From Desulfobacteraceae bacterium UBA2245 (lineage in GTDB: Bacteria; Desulfobacterota; Desulfobacteria; Desulfobacterales; UBA2245): a stretch of DNA of 64,000 nucleotides. The translations under genes and the position numbers were made by a program. Positions 31,386 to 40,518 of this stretch are shown here, piece after piece. The stretch is taken from NCBI GenBank assembly GCA_002347265.1, contig DDYB01000032.1:86850-150849 (forward strand). The letters run 5' to 3'. The notes beneath the pieces are model-generated. The model saw nothing but the letters and a program-made list of their open reading frames with translations, had not been told where the DNA came from and ran no database searches. Each line of letters opens with the position of its first letter. The stretch's first letter is position 1.

Positions 31386-31473
31386 CTTCCTTCGGCAGCC
31401 CGGCTGTCCGTAATCAGTTCAGGACCCTAGACTTTGCGCCGCTGTCTTGCTACAGCGTTACCTTTTCGGGAAG
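31386..31473 (-). ncRNA. GEMM-I (c-di-GMP-I class) riboswitch aptamer
   Basis: Minus strand CUUCC-CGAAAAGGUAAC-GCUGUA-GCAA-GACAGC-GGCGCAAAGUCUAGGGUCC...GGACAGCCGGGCUGCCGAA-GGAAG. Shows P1 closure, P2 with GYRA loop, GCAAAG junction, P3 GUCC/GGAC with ACAGCC receptor; 68 nt upstream of the protease ATG. Confidence 0.88.
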
Positions 31474-31505
31474 GAGCCCTCAATCTTCAATTCTGTACAA
31501 AATTA

Positions 31506-31521
31506 AGCAACAACGGCGCCA
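31506..31521 (-). promoter_or_regulatory. Sigma54 (-24/-12) promoter upstream of the riboswitch
   Basis: TGGCGCCGTTGTTGCT fits TGGCAC-N5-TTGCW with exact GG-N10-GC spacing; predicted +1 near 31495, about 22 nt before P1. Confidence 0.7.
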
Positions 31522-31732
31522 TGTTCAGCAGATTCATATGCGCCATTATTTTCATGATCAACCCGCCTTTGCCAATTCCGGTTTCGGCAGTACATCGCGG
31601 CAATATATGCGCCTATTCAATCACTGCGCAGCGGCAGGCATCTTTTCCGCGCCCTGTCTTTCCGCCCGTCATGGGGCGGCTGCGCAGCATAAAAATTTAT
31701 CGGATAAATGTGAATACAACATCATTTTTTGA

Positions 31733-31860
31733 ACATAATGACACTATATGTAATAAAATGTCATTATGTCAAGCGAAAGAATCTCCGCATCTTTGAAAAA
31801 TAAAACCGCGTTCCCTTATTCATAAAAGCGCCGTCATGACAAGCGAAAAAATTTCCGCAT
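31733..31860. repeat. Inverted plus direct repeat cluster (candidate activator sites)
   Basis: IR ACATAATGACA-N15-TGTCATTATGT (31733-31769); DR AAGCGAAAGAATCTCCGCAT / AAGCGAAAAAATTTCCGCAT (31771, 31841; 18/20). Confidence 0.65.
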
Positions 31861-32138
31861 ATGCCGGGAAATAAGGTTAAGGCACAGTATTGTTTCCGTT
31901 TACTCAGCATGAGGGTGTGGATAAATTACCGGAAAGGGTCGGACGGGCTGGGAATCGCGGCTGCATAGTCGAATATCGGCTTAGACATGAACCGTCAAAA
32001 GCGGTGAGGCCGTACTCTGATTTGTCGTCAAGGCGTTGTATACTGCCAGGGGAAAATGGGGGGGCGGAAAGATTCTTGCCTCGCTTTCCGTGAAAGACGA
32101 TTGCCGGCTGTTATGATTCATGCGCAAACGCTCACATC

Positions 32139-33674
32139 CTACCGGATTTTTCCTCCCCGCTCCATTGTGCGGTACTGAACGGCCTCCGACACATGGGCCA
32201 GTTCGATGTCAGGCTTTTCTTCAAGATCGGCGATGGTCCGGGCGATTTTCAGTATCCGGTTGTAGGCGCGGGCCGAAAGCCCCAGTTTCTCGATAGCGTT
32301 TTCCAGAAGCGCCGAGGACGCGGTATCGATTCTGCAGAACTGTTTGATCTGCCGGCTGGCCATCTGTGCGTTGCAGTAAATGGGAAGCCTGACGAACCGA
32401 CGGGCCTGAATCGTGCGCGCCGAGGTGACCCGCTGGCGTATTTTTTCTGAGGATTCGGCGGAAAACTCCTTTTTAAGATCCCGGTAGGCGACCGCGGGCA
32501 CCTGAATGTGAATGTCGATCCTGTCCATCAGGGGTCCGGAGATCTTGGACCGGTAGCGCTGAATCTGGAGTGCGCTGCAGTCGCATCGGTGTCTGGGATC
32601 GGACAGATATCCGCACGGACAGGGGTTCATGGCGGCGACCAGCATGAAGCGGGAAGGGTAGGTGACGGTCGTTGAAGCCCGGGATATGGTGACCCGGTGA
32701 TCTTCCAGGGGCTGACGCAGCACCTCGAGTACATGTTTCTTGAATTCAGGCAGTTCGTCGAGAAACAGTACTCCGTTGTGAGCCATGCTGACCTCTCCGG
32801 GGCGTGGGCTCTGCCCCCCGCCGATCAGACCGGCATCCGAGATCGTATGGTGCGGGGATCGAAACGGACGCCGGGTGATCAGGGCCTGGTCTTTTTCAAG
32901 CATTCCCAGCACACTGTAAACCTTGGTGGTTTCGATGGACTCCTCAAAGCTCAAGGGGGGCAGGATAGTCGGCATGCGTTTGGCCAGCATGGTTTTCCCG
33001 GACCCGGGCGGCCCGACCATCAAAATGTTGTGCCCCCCGGCGGCAGCCACTTCAACGGCCCTTTTGGCGTGCTCCTGACCCAGAACTTCTGAAAAATCAG
33101 TATCCGTTTGATTCGGGGGTGCAAACAGCCCGGAAATGTCTATGGATTCGGCGGGTATCTGCTGGGAGCCGCGGCAGAATTCCACTACCTGGGAAAGGGT
33201 TCTGGCGCCGAGCACCAAGATGCCGTCCACCACCGACGCTTCCCGGCCGTTGTCCTCGGGAACGATAATGCCTTTGTAGCCGGACTGACGGGCTGCAAGG
33301 GCCATCAGAAGCGACCCTTTCACCGGTTTTACGCGGCCGTCCAGGGAAAGCTCTCCCATGATGAGATAGCGGGAAACCGTGTCCTGAGGAATGGTTCCTT
33401 TGGCTGCAAGAATTCCCAGGGCCATGGGAAGGTCAAATCCGGTTCCGTCCTTTTTGATGTTCGCCGGCGCCAGATTCACCGTGATCCGGTCATCCGGAAA
33501 CGTATAGCCGGAGTTTTGAATCGCCGACTTTACCCGTTCCCTGCTTTCTTTTACCGCGGTTTCCGGAAGTCCCACAGTGGTAAAGCAGGGAAGTCCCCGC
33601 GCTATATCTACTTCCACTTCAACCAGATAAGCATCAATCCCGATAACGGCGCTGCTCAAAACCTTGGATAGCAC
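32139..33674 (-). CDS. comM: YifB/ComM Mg-chelatase-like AAA+ ATPase
   Basis: VGLPETAVKESRERV, ITVNLAPA, GPPGSGKTM, RSPHHTIS, GVLFLDELPEF, AMNPCPCG, LSARAYNRILKIARTIADL. Confidence 0.95.
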   Translation of the reverse strand: MLSKVLSSAVIGIDAYLVEVEVDIARGLPCFTTVGLPETAVKESRERVKSAIQNSGYTFPDDRITVNLAPANIKKDGTGFDLPMALGILAAKGTIPQDTVSRYLIMGELSLDGRVKPVKGSLLMALAARQSGYKGIIVPEDNGREASVVDGILVLGARTLSQVVEFCRGSQQIPAESIDISGLFAPPNQTDTDFSEVLGQEHAKRAVEVAAAGGHNILMVGPPGSGKTMLAKRMPTILPPLSFEESIETTKVYSVLGMLEKDQALITRRPFRSPHHTISDAGLIGGGQSPRPGEVSMAHNGVLFLDELPEFKKHVLEVLRQPLEDHRVTISRASTTVTYPSRFMLVAAMNPCPCGYLSDPRHRCDCSALQIQRYRSKISGPLMDRIDIHIQVPAVAYRDLKKEFSAESSEKIRQRVTSARTIQARRFVRLPIYCNAQMASRQIKQFCRIDTASSALLENAIEKLGLSARAYNRILKIARTIADLEEKPDIELAHVSEAVQYRTMERGGKIR

Positions 33675-33987
33675 AATTCCTCCCTGGGCGGATCAACGAT
33701 ATTTGCATGCGAAGAAGATCGGCGTTGAATCGTGCAAAACTGACGAAAGGAACGCCTCAATATAACAAAGGCCCGGAATCCTTACAATCTATTTATCAGG
33801 TTGTCGATTTTTTAACCGTGTCGGGGCGTTTTGCCCTGTTCCACAAACTGCTTGCCTTGAAGACGGGTAATGCGATAAGAAAAAACGATTCTACGGCTGG
33901 CCGGATTTAAAAATGCATTTCGGCAGGAGCCAGACCCGGTTGTTTGCCCGCGGATGGGAACCGGAACCAAAGGGGTGATGTCCGGAA

Positions 33988-34881
33988 ATGAGCGTTGATT
34001 TGATAAAAGCATCGAGAAATGTTCCGGTTCAACAACGAACGATCGTCAGGCCTGCTGGATGTTCGGGAGTTGGCGTGCATTCGGGAAAACCGGTCAATCT
34101 TGCCATCAAGCCTGCCCCGGCCAATCACGGCATCAAATTCGTCCGCACCGATCTTCAGGATTCGCCCAAGGTTCCCGCCCTTTTCAAATCCGTTGTGGAT
34201 ACCAGCCTGGCAACGGTAATCGGCTACGAAGGTTTTATCGTTTCGACCATCGAGCATCTCATGGCCGTGCTGAGCGCGTTCATGATCGACAATGCTCTAT
34301 TGGAAATCGACGCCTATGAGATGCCCATCATGGACGGCAGCGCAGCGCCTTTTGTTGAGATGATCAAATCCGCGGGCGTGCAGATGCTGCAAGCCCCCCG
34401 TTGCTATTTCCGGGTCAAGGAGCCCATCGAACTCGAGGAGGACGGAAAGTCCGTGGGCATATATCCGTGTTCAACTTTCAAGGTAACCTGTTCGGTCGAA
34501 TATCCGCATCCTCTGATCGGCAGACAGACTCTGACTCTGGAGGGCTCCTCCGATATTTTCGAGAGAGAGATAGCACCGGCCAGAACCTTTGGTTTTCTTA
34601 AAGAGGTTGAGTATCTGAAACGCTTTGGCCTGGCTCGGGGCGGATCCCTGGATAACGCCATCGTGGTGACAGAAGACGGAATTTTGAATCCGGGCGGCCT
34701 TCGGTATCCGGATGAGTTTGTCCGTCATAAGATTCTGGACTGTATCGGAGATTTTGCCCTGCTGGGAATTCCCATTCTGGGGCATATTATCGCCAGCAAG
34801 TCCGGCCATACTTTTCACCATGCCTTCCTCAACAAGTTTTTTTCAGAAAAGAAATCCTGGGAAACCTATATGGTTTCTTGA
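33988..34881 (+). CDS. lpxC: UDP-3-O-acyl-N-acetylglucosamine deacetylase
   Basis: QQRTI, GVGVHSG, TIEHLMA, MPIMDGSA, APARTFGF, HKILDCIGD, SGH. Confidence 0.97.
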   Translation: MSVDLIKASRNVPVQQRTIVRPAGCSGVGVHSGKPVNLAIKPAPANHGIKFVRTDLQDSPKVPALFKSVVDTSLATVIGYEGFIVSTIEHLMAVLSAFMIDNALLEIDAYEMPIMDGSAAPFVEMIKSAGVQMLQAPRCYFRVKEPIELEEDGKSVGIYPCSTFKVTCSVEYPHPLIGRQTLTLEGSSDIFEREIAPARTFGFLKEVEYLKRFGLARGGSLDNAIVVTEDGILNPGGLRYPDEFVRHKILDCIGDFALLGIPILGHIIASKSGHTFHHAFLNKFFSEKKSWETYMVS

Positions 34882-35111
34882 GATGATATTCGATAAACGC
34901 TTTTGAATTCCGGACCGGCCGGATCGGCGCTTCCTTCGGTTCCGAAATGAAAACCGCTTGCCATTTAAATTCCGATTCGATATGGGTAGGTATTCCAAAT
35001 ATATACAACCGACGGCAAATTTTTTAAGACTTGGAAAATAAAAGGCTCGAAATTGTCAACCGGCAATTGAGAGAAATGGCTTTGTTTGTTGTCACTATGC
35101 AAAGATTTTAA

Positions 35112-35672
35112 ATGATCCAGAAAATATTATTTTCCATCCTGTTTTGTTTCCTGGCTCTGATGCACGATTCAGCTGCGGCCCAGACTGCGACGCTGACCGA
35201 CATTATTGTGACCAACAACCGGGACGACCTGCTGCTTTATCTGAATGTCGAAGGCGCCTTTCAGGATGAGGTGAAGGCGGCGGTATTAAGCGGCGTACCG
35301 ACCACTTTTTCCTTTTCGGCCAACCTGAACAAGATTCGAAGTCTGTGGCTGGATAAAAATCTTACGGACATCGAAGTGACTCATACGATCAAATACAACA
35401 ACCTGAAAAAGGAGTTCGTCGTCAAACGTTCCTGGGAACAGAATCAGCCCCGGACGACGCAGTCCTTTGAGGAAGCCCAGCGGTGGATGAGCGAAATCGA
35501 CAGCTTGAGGATTATTTCCCTGAAACAGCTCGAAAAGGGCAGACAGTATCAGCTGCGGGCCAAGGCCGAACTCAAACGAGTGACGCTTCCGTTTTATCTT
35601 CACTATGTTTTGTTCTTTGTATCTCTCTGGGATTTTGAAACGGATTGGTACGCGATCGATTTCACGTATTGA
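35112..35672 (+). CDS. DUF4390-family exported protein
   Basis: Signal peptide, AVLSGVPTTFSF, KYNNLKKEF, DFETDW; usual position upstream of ntrY-ntrX. Confidence 0.75.
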   Translation: MIQKILFSILFCFLALMHDSAAAQTATLTDIIVTNNRDDLLLYLNVEGAFQDEVKAAVLSGVPTTFSFSANLNKIRSLWLDKNLTDIEVTHTIKYNNLKKEFVVKRSWEQNQPRTTQSFEEAQRWMSEIDSLRIISLKQLEKGRQYQLRAKAELKRVTLPFYLHYVLFFVSLWDFETDWYAIDFTY

Positions 35673-35704
35673 CATAAGATACGTGGGGCGTTCTTTCGAA
35701 CATT

Positions 35705-37942
35705 ATGAAAAACAACCGTTTCAGAAAACTCTCCACCCCCCTTTCAGAACAGGAACGCGGGCGCCGTAAGCGTGAAATGATCCTCATTCCGGTCATCATC
35801 GGGGTCGTTGCGCTGCTCACCTATGCGGAAAGCCGCATCATCTATTTCGGGTCTGCTTTTCCGATCTCCAATACCATCCTGATGTTCATTCTGATCAACA
35901 TCAACCTGTTGCTGTTGCTGCTGCTGCTGTTTCTGGTTTTTCGAAATGCGGTAAAGCTGTTTTACGAGAGAAAACGAAAGGTTACGGGCTCTAAACTCAG
36001 AACGCGGCTGGTGGTGGCCTTCATCACGCTGACGCTTCTGCCGACCACCGTGCTTTTTTTCTTTGCGATCAATTTCATTACGACCAGCATCGAGTTCTGG
36101 TTCAATGTGCCGGTGGAACAGGCCTTGGAAAATTCTCTTCGCGTGGGAAGGCGGATTTACGACTATGCGGAAACCAGCAGCCAATTTTATATGGAGAGAA
36201 TCGCCTATCAGATCAAGGCCCGCAATCTGCTTGATTCCGGACAGAACAACGCACTGGAGCGTTACATTCAGGTTGTGCAGAGGTCCTTTAATCTGGAGGC
36301 CGTGGAGATTTATTCCACCAATGCCGCCCGGTTGGCTTTCTCCGGAAACGGGGGTATGGAGGCGATCAATCTGGCATCCATGTCCTCGGACGATCTTCGC
36401 GCCGAATTTCATTCCAAACCTGTCCGGTCGGTTTCAATGCCGGTCGATCAGGGCGAGATGGTTCGAACCATCGGAACCATTCCTTTTGGATCGGGGGTTG
36501 CCGATGCACAGGCCTTTATCGTTCTGTCCGTTCTGATTCCGATGGATCTGTCCGAGGACATGGCCTCCATTTCCCGGGGATTTGAAGAATACCAGCAGAT
36601 CAAACTGCTGCAGAAACCCATTCAGGCTACCTATTACATTACGCTCTCCATCGTTGCGCTGCTGGTGCTTTTTTGCGCTGCATGGTTCGGGTTTTATCTG
36701 GCCAAGAGGATTTCCATCCCCATCATGGAACTGGCCGAAGGCACCCGGAGGGTGGCTGGAGGAGATCTGCAGTTTACCATCGGGGCGGTTGCCGACGATG
36801 AAATCGGAATCCTGGTGAATTCCTTCAACAGGATGACGCGAGACCTTCGCATCGGCCGTGAACAGCTTGAAATTTCCGCCCGAATGCTTCGGGACCAGAA
36901 TATCGAGATCGAGGAAAAACGCCGGTACATGGAGATTGTTCTGAGAAACGTTTCCGCCGGCGTCATCACGCTGGATGCCGGCGGATTTATCGCCACGGTC
37001 AACAAGTCCGCTGAAAAAATGTTGAACCTCGATGCGGCGGAAGTTCTGGGCAAAAGCTATAAGCGGCTTTTAAAGGGACCGTTTGTGGAGCTGGCCAGGG
37101 AAATTATGGACAACCTTGCCGAATCGACGGACGGAGCCGTTCAGTTGCCATTGAAGCTGACCATCGAAGGCCAGTCCAGAAGTTTTCTGCTTCACGTAAA
37201 CGCCCTGACCGACGACGCGGGCAGCCCTCTGGGTATCGTGATGGTATTCGACGATTTGACCGAACTGGAAAAGGCCCAGCGAATGGCTGCCTGGCGGGAG
37301 GTGGCCCGCCGGATCGCTCATGAGGTGAAAAATCCACTGACCCCGATATCGCTTTCGGCCCAGCGGCTGAAGCGCAAATATTCGCGTCGTCTGAATGAAC
37401 CGGTTTTTGATGAGTGCACCCGCATGATTATAGATCACGTCGAGTTGATTCGAAACCTGGTAAATGAATTCTCGAACTTCGCCCGATTGCCGGCGGCCAA
37501 TCCTCTGCCATGCGCATTGGCGCCGCTGATAGAGGAAACCGTGGCGCTTTACAAGGATGGGCCCTGGAATATACGGTTTGAAATTCATGCGGGTCAGGAT
37601 ATGCCCAGGCTGAATCTGGACCGGCAGCTGATGAAAAGGGCGCTGATCAATCTGGTGGACAATGCCGTGGCGGCCATCGGCGCTGAAGGCAGCGTCGTTA
37701 TTTCGGCGTCTTTTGATCCTATCCTGAAAATCGTTCGCATCGAGGTTTCCGACACCGGACCGGGGATTTCCGACGAAGATAAAACCCATTTGTTCGAGCC
37801 CTATTTTTCCACCAAGAAATCCGGCATGGGATTGGGGCTGTCCATTGTCAGCGGCATCATTTCGGATCATAACGGGCGGATCTACGTTCAGGACAATGTG
37901 CCGCAGGGCGCCCGGTTCGTCATTGAACTGCCGGTTTCCTGA
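35705..37942 (+). CDS. ntrY: NtrY-like sensor histidine kinase (HAMP-PAS-HisKA)
   Basis: KLRTRLVVAF, HAMP domain, AWREVARRIAHEVKNPLTPI, NLVDNA, DTGPG, GMGLGL. Confidence 0.9.
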   Translation: MKNNRFRKLSTPLSEQERGRRKREMILIPVIIGVVALLTYAESRIIYFGSAFPISNTILMFILININLLLLLLLLFLVFRNAVKLFYERKRKVTGSKLRTRLVVAFITLTLLPTTVLFFFAINFITTSIEFWFNVPVEQALENSLRVGRRIYDYAETSSQFYMERIAYQIKARNLLDSGQNNALERYIQVVQRSFNLEAVEIYSTNAARLAFSGNGGMEAINLASMSSDDLRAEFHSKPVRSVSMPVDQGEMVRTIGTIPFGSGVADAQAFIVLSVLIPMDLSEDMASISRGFEEYQQIKLLQKPIQATYYITLSIVALLVLFCAAWFGFYLAKRISIPIMELAEGTRRVAGGDLQFTIGAVADDEIGILVNSFNRMTRDLRIGREQLEISARMLRDQNIEIEEKRRYMEIVLRNVSAGVITLDAGGFIATVNKSAEKMLNLDAAEVLGKSYKRLLKGPFVELAREIMDNLAESTDGAVQLPLKLTIEGQSRSFLLHVNALTDDAGSPLGIVMVFDDLTELEKAQRMAAWREVARRIAHEVKNPLTPISLSAQRLKRKYSRRLNEPVFDECTRMIIDHVELIRNLVNEFSNFARLPAANPLPCALAPLIEETVALYKDGPWNIRFEIHAGQDMPRLNLDRQLMKRALINLVDNAVAAIGAEGSVVISASFDPILKIVRIEVSDTGPGISDEDKTHLFEPYFSTKKSGMGLGLSIVSGIISDHNGRIYVQDNVPQGARFVIELPVS

Positions 37943-38060
37943 AAGCCGGTTTCCGCCGATTCCGGAGATGCATTAAAAATGTTTTGCAGGAAAGGCTCTT
38001 GACAGGATACCGGCAATTCTTCTACGTAGTTGGACTGAATGACAGATAAAGGTAATCGCG

Positions 38061-39422
38061 ATGTTTCCAACAATATTGGTTGTCGACGACGAAGCGCCGA
38101 TCCGCCAGATGCTCAGCGGACTTCTGGCCGATGAAGGCTTTGAGGTGAAAACGGCTTCCAACGGATACGAAGCCCTGAAGTGCATTGAAGCCGAGTCTCC
38201 GGATCTGGTTTTGCTCGACATTTGGATGCCGGGCATCGACGGGATTGAAACTCTCAAGGAAATCAAAAAGGAAAATTCCCATATTCAGGTCATCATCATC
38301 ACGGGCCACGGGACGGTTGAGACCGCTGTCAAGGCCACCAAGCTCGGGGCCTTTGATCTGATCGAAAAACCCCTGTCCTTTGACAAGGTGTCTGTGGCGA
38401 TCAACAATGCCCTGAATTTCAGAAGGCTGGAAGAAGAAAACCGGTATCTTAGAAAAAAAACACTGGAAAAAAATTCGATTACCGGCATCAGCAGTCATAT
38501 CGGAGACCTGAAGAAACAGATCGCCGTGGCGGCCCCGACCGATGCATGGATTCTGATCACCGGTGAAAACGGAACCGGAAAAGAACTCGTTGCCCGCACG
38601 ATTCACCAGCTCAGCGCCCGTTCGGATCAGCCTTTGATGGATGTCAACTGCGCTGCCATTCCTGAGAACCTGATCGAAAGCGAGCTGTTCGGACACGAAA
38701 AAGGCGCTTTCCCCGGGGCAGGCAACAAGAAAATCGGAAAGTTCGAACTGGCGGGAAACGGAACCATTTTCCTGGATGAAATTGCGGACATGAGCCTGAA
38801 AACTCAGGCAAAGATTCTTCGGGTGCTTCAGGAACAGAAATTTCAGCGGGTGGGCGGGAGCAGAACCCTGGACATGAAGGCCCGGATCATTGCCGCCAGC
38901 AACAAGGATCTGGAACAGGAGATCGACAAGGGCGCTTTCAGGGAGGATCTCTATTACCGGCTCAATGTGATACCCATCTGGGTGCCGCCTCTGAGGGAGC
39001 GGCGGCAGGATATTCCGTTGCTGATTGAAACCTTTCTGGTGGAGTGCGAAAAACAGCATCGAAGACCCCGGAAGCGAATGACGGCCGAGGCTTTGGATCT
39101 GCTCTGCGCTTATTCCTGGCCGGGAAATATTCGGGAACTCAAAAACCTGGTCGAACGGCTGGATATCATGTCCGCCAGGGAGGTCATCGATGCCGCGGAT
39201 CTTCCGGCGCCTTACAATCCGCAGTCATTTTCCGGCAAGGGCGTCAGGAATGAAAAACTTTTTCTGATGGACAATCTCAAGGATGCGCTCAAGGCTTTTG
39301 AGCAGGAGTTCGTCCAGCGAAAACTTTTGGAAAACAACAATGATATTGCGCAAGCGGCCCAGGCGATCGGCATCTCCGTCAGCAAGCTTTCTGAAAAGCT
39401 CAAGCGATGGAGCCAGATTTAA
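38061..39422 (+). CDS. ntrX: NtrX-like response regulator (REC-AAA+-HTH)
   Basis: LLDIWMPG, GENGTGKE, GAFPGA variant loop, FLDEI, WPGNIREL; downstream of ntrY. Confidence 0.88.
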   Translation: MFPTILVVDDEAPIRQMLSGLLADEGFEVKTASNGYEALKCIEAESPDLVLLDIWMPGIDGIETLKEIKKENSHIQVIIITGHGTVETAVKATKLGAFDLIEKPLSFDKVSVAINNALNFRRLEEENRYLRKKTLEKNSITGISSHIGDLKKQIAVAAPTDAWILITGENGTGKELVARTIHQLSARSDQPLMDVNCAAIPENLIESELFGHEKGAFPGAGNKKIGKFELAGNGTIFLDEIADMSLKTQAKILRVLQEQKFQRVGGSRTLDMKARIIAASNKDLEQEIDKGAFREDLYYRLNVIPIWVPPLRERRQDIPLLIETFLVECEKQHRRPRKRMTAEALDLLCAYSWPGNIRELKNLVERLDIMSAREVIDAADLPAPYNPQSFSGKGVRNEKLFLMDNLKDALKAFEQEFVQRKLLENNNDIAQAAQAIGISVSKLSEKLKRWSQI

Positions 39423-39434
39423 GGGTTGCCTGCA

Positions 39435-40022
39435 ATGGGTCTGAGAATCATCAGCGGGGCTTTAGGGGGCAGACGTCTTGCCTCTGTGCGGGGCATGAGC
39501 ACCAGGCCTACCTCGGATCGGCTTCGCGAGGCGGTGTTCAATATCCTCGGTCCAAGGGTGATGGATGCCTCTGTGCTGGATCTTTTTGCGGGAACCGGGG
39601 CTCTGGGTATTGAGGCATTGAGCCGGGGAGCAGATAGCGGCGTATTTATCGACAATGCGGTCGAGGCACTGGTCGTCATCCGTAAAAATATCGCGCAATG
39701 CGCTCTAAAAGAAAAATCCCGGGTGATTCGGTGGAATATTCTCAAAAGTTTGGACTGCATTCAATGCCACCAGCCCCCATTTGATCTGGTCTTCATGGAT
39801 CCGCCGTACGGCGCAGACATGATCGTCCCGACGCTGAACCATCTTCAGCGCAGCGCAAGTGTCGGGGCGGACGTTCGAATTGTTGTCGAACACGACGCTT
39901 CGGATTGTGTTCCCCAGGTTGTGTCCGGGTTTAAAATAATTGATCAGCGAAGGTATGGAAAGAGTTTTGTATCATTTCTGGCTTGTTTGCAGTGCATGAC
40001 GGCGCCGACAGGAAAGCGATAG
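39435..40022 (+). CDS. rsmD: 16S rRNA m2G966 methyltransferase
   Basis: LRIISGALGGRRL, RPTSDRLREAVFN, LDLFAGTGALGIEALSRGA, FMDPPY. Confidence 0.95.
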   Translation: MGLRIISGALGGRRLASVRGMSTRPTSDRLREAVFNILGPRVMDASVLDLFAGTGALGIEALSRGADSGVFIDNAVEALVVIRKNIAQCALKEKSRVIRWNILKSLDCIQCHQPPFDLVFMDPPYGADMIVPTLNHLQRSASVGADVRIVVEHDASDCVPQVVSGFKIIDQRRYGKSFVSFLACLQCMTAPTGKR

Positions 40023-40025
40023 ATT

Positions 40026-40502
40026 ATGGCAAAAATTGCGGTTTATCCCGGATCCTTTGATCCGATCACCAACGGGCATATCGACATCATCAGAAGAGGT
40101 GTGAAGCTCTTTGACAGGGTCATTGTTACCGTTTTGAACAATCCCGTAAAAAAAGGTCTGTTTACGCCTGAAGAACGTATCGACATGATCCGGAGCAGTA
40201 CGAAGGATTGTCCGAATGTCGATGTGGATTATTTTGACGGATTGCTGGTCGATTATTGCGTCAGGATGAAAGCCGATGCCATACTTCGCGGCATGCGCGC
40301 GCTTTCCGATTTTGAATTTGAATTTCAGATGGCCCTGATGAACCGGCGGCTCAATCGCAATATCGAAACGGTGTTTCTGATGACCAGCATGGACTGGATA
40401 TTCACTAGTTCCACCATCATCAAGGAGGCGGCCAGATTCGGCGGTAACATTGCCGACCTCGTGCCTCCGCTGGTGTGCCGGCGGCTTAAGGAAAAATTTT
40501 AA
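40026..40502 (+). CDS. coaD: Phosphopantetheine adenylyltransferase
   Basis: YPGSFDPITNGH, RGMRALSDFEFEFQMA, SSTIIKE. Confidence 0.97.
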   Translation: MAKIAVYPGSFDPITNGHIDIIRRGVKLFDRVIVTVLNNPVKKGLFTPEERIDMIRSSTKDCPNVDVDYFDGLLVDYCVRMKADAILRGMRALSDFEFEFQMALMNRRLNRNIETVFLMTSMDWIFTSSTIIKEAARFGGNIADLVPPLVCRRLKEKF

Positions 40503-40518
40503 TTGGATGGGATTCAAT

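Noticed and set aside
31916-31924. Perfect DnaA box TGTGGATAA
   Set aside because: Isolated, with no cluster or unwinding element; a single 9-mer in 64 kb is compatible with chance.
33944-33956. 13-mer TTGCCCGCGGATG shared by the lpxC and TraB upstream regions
   Set aside because: Chance 13-mer matches are expected in a window this size; no further similarity.
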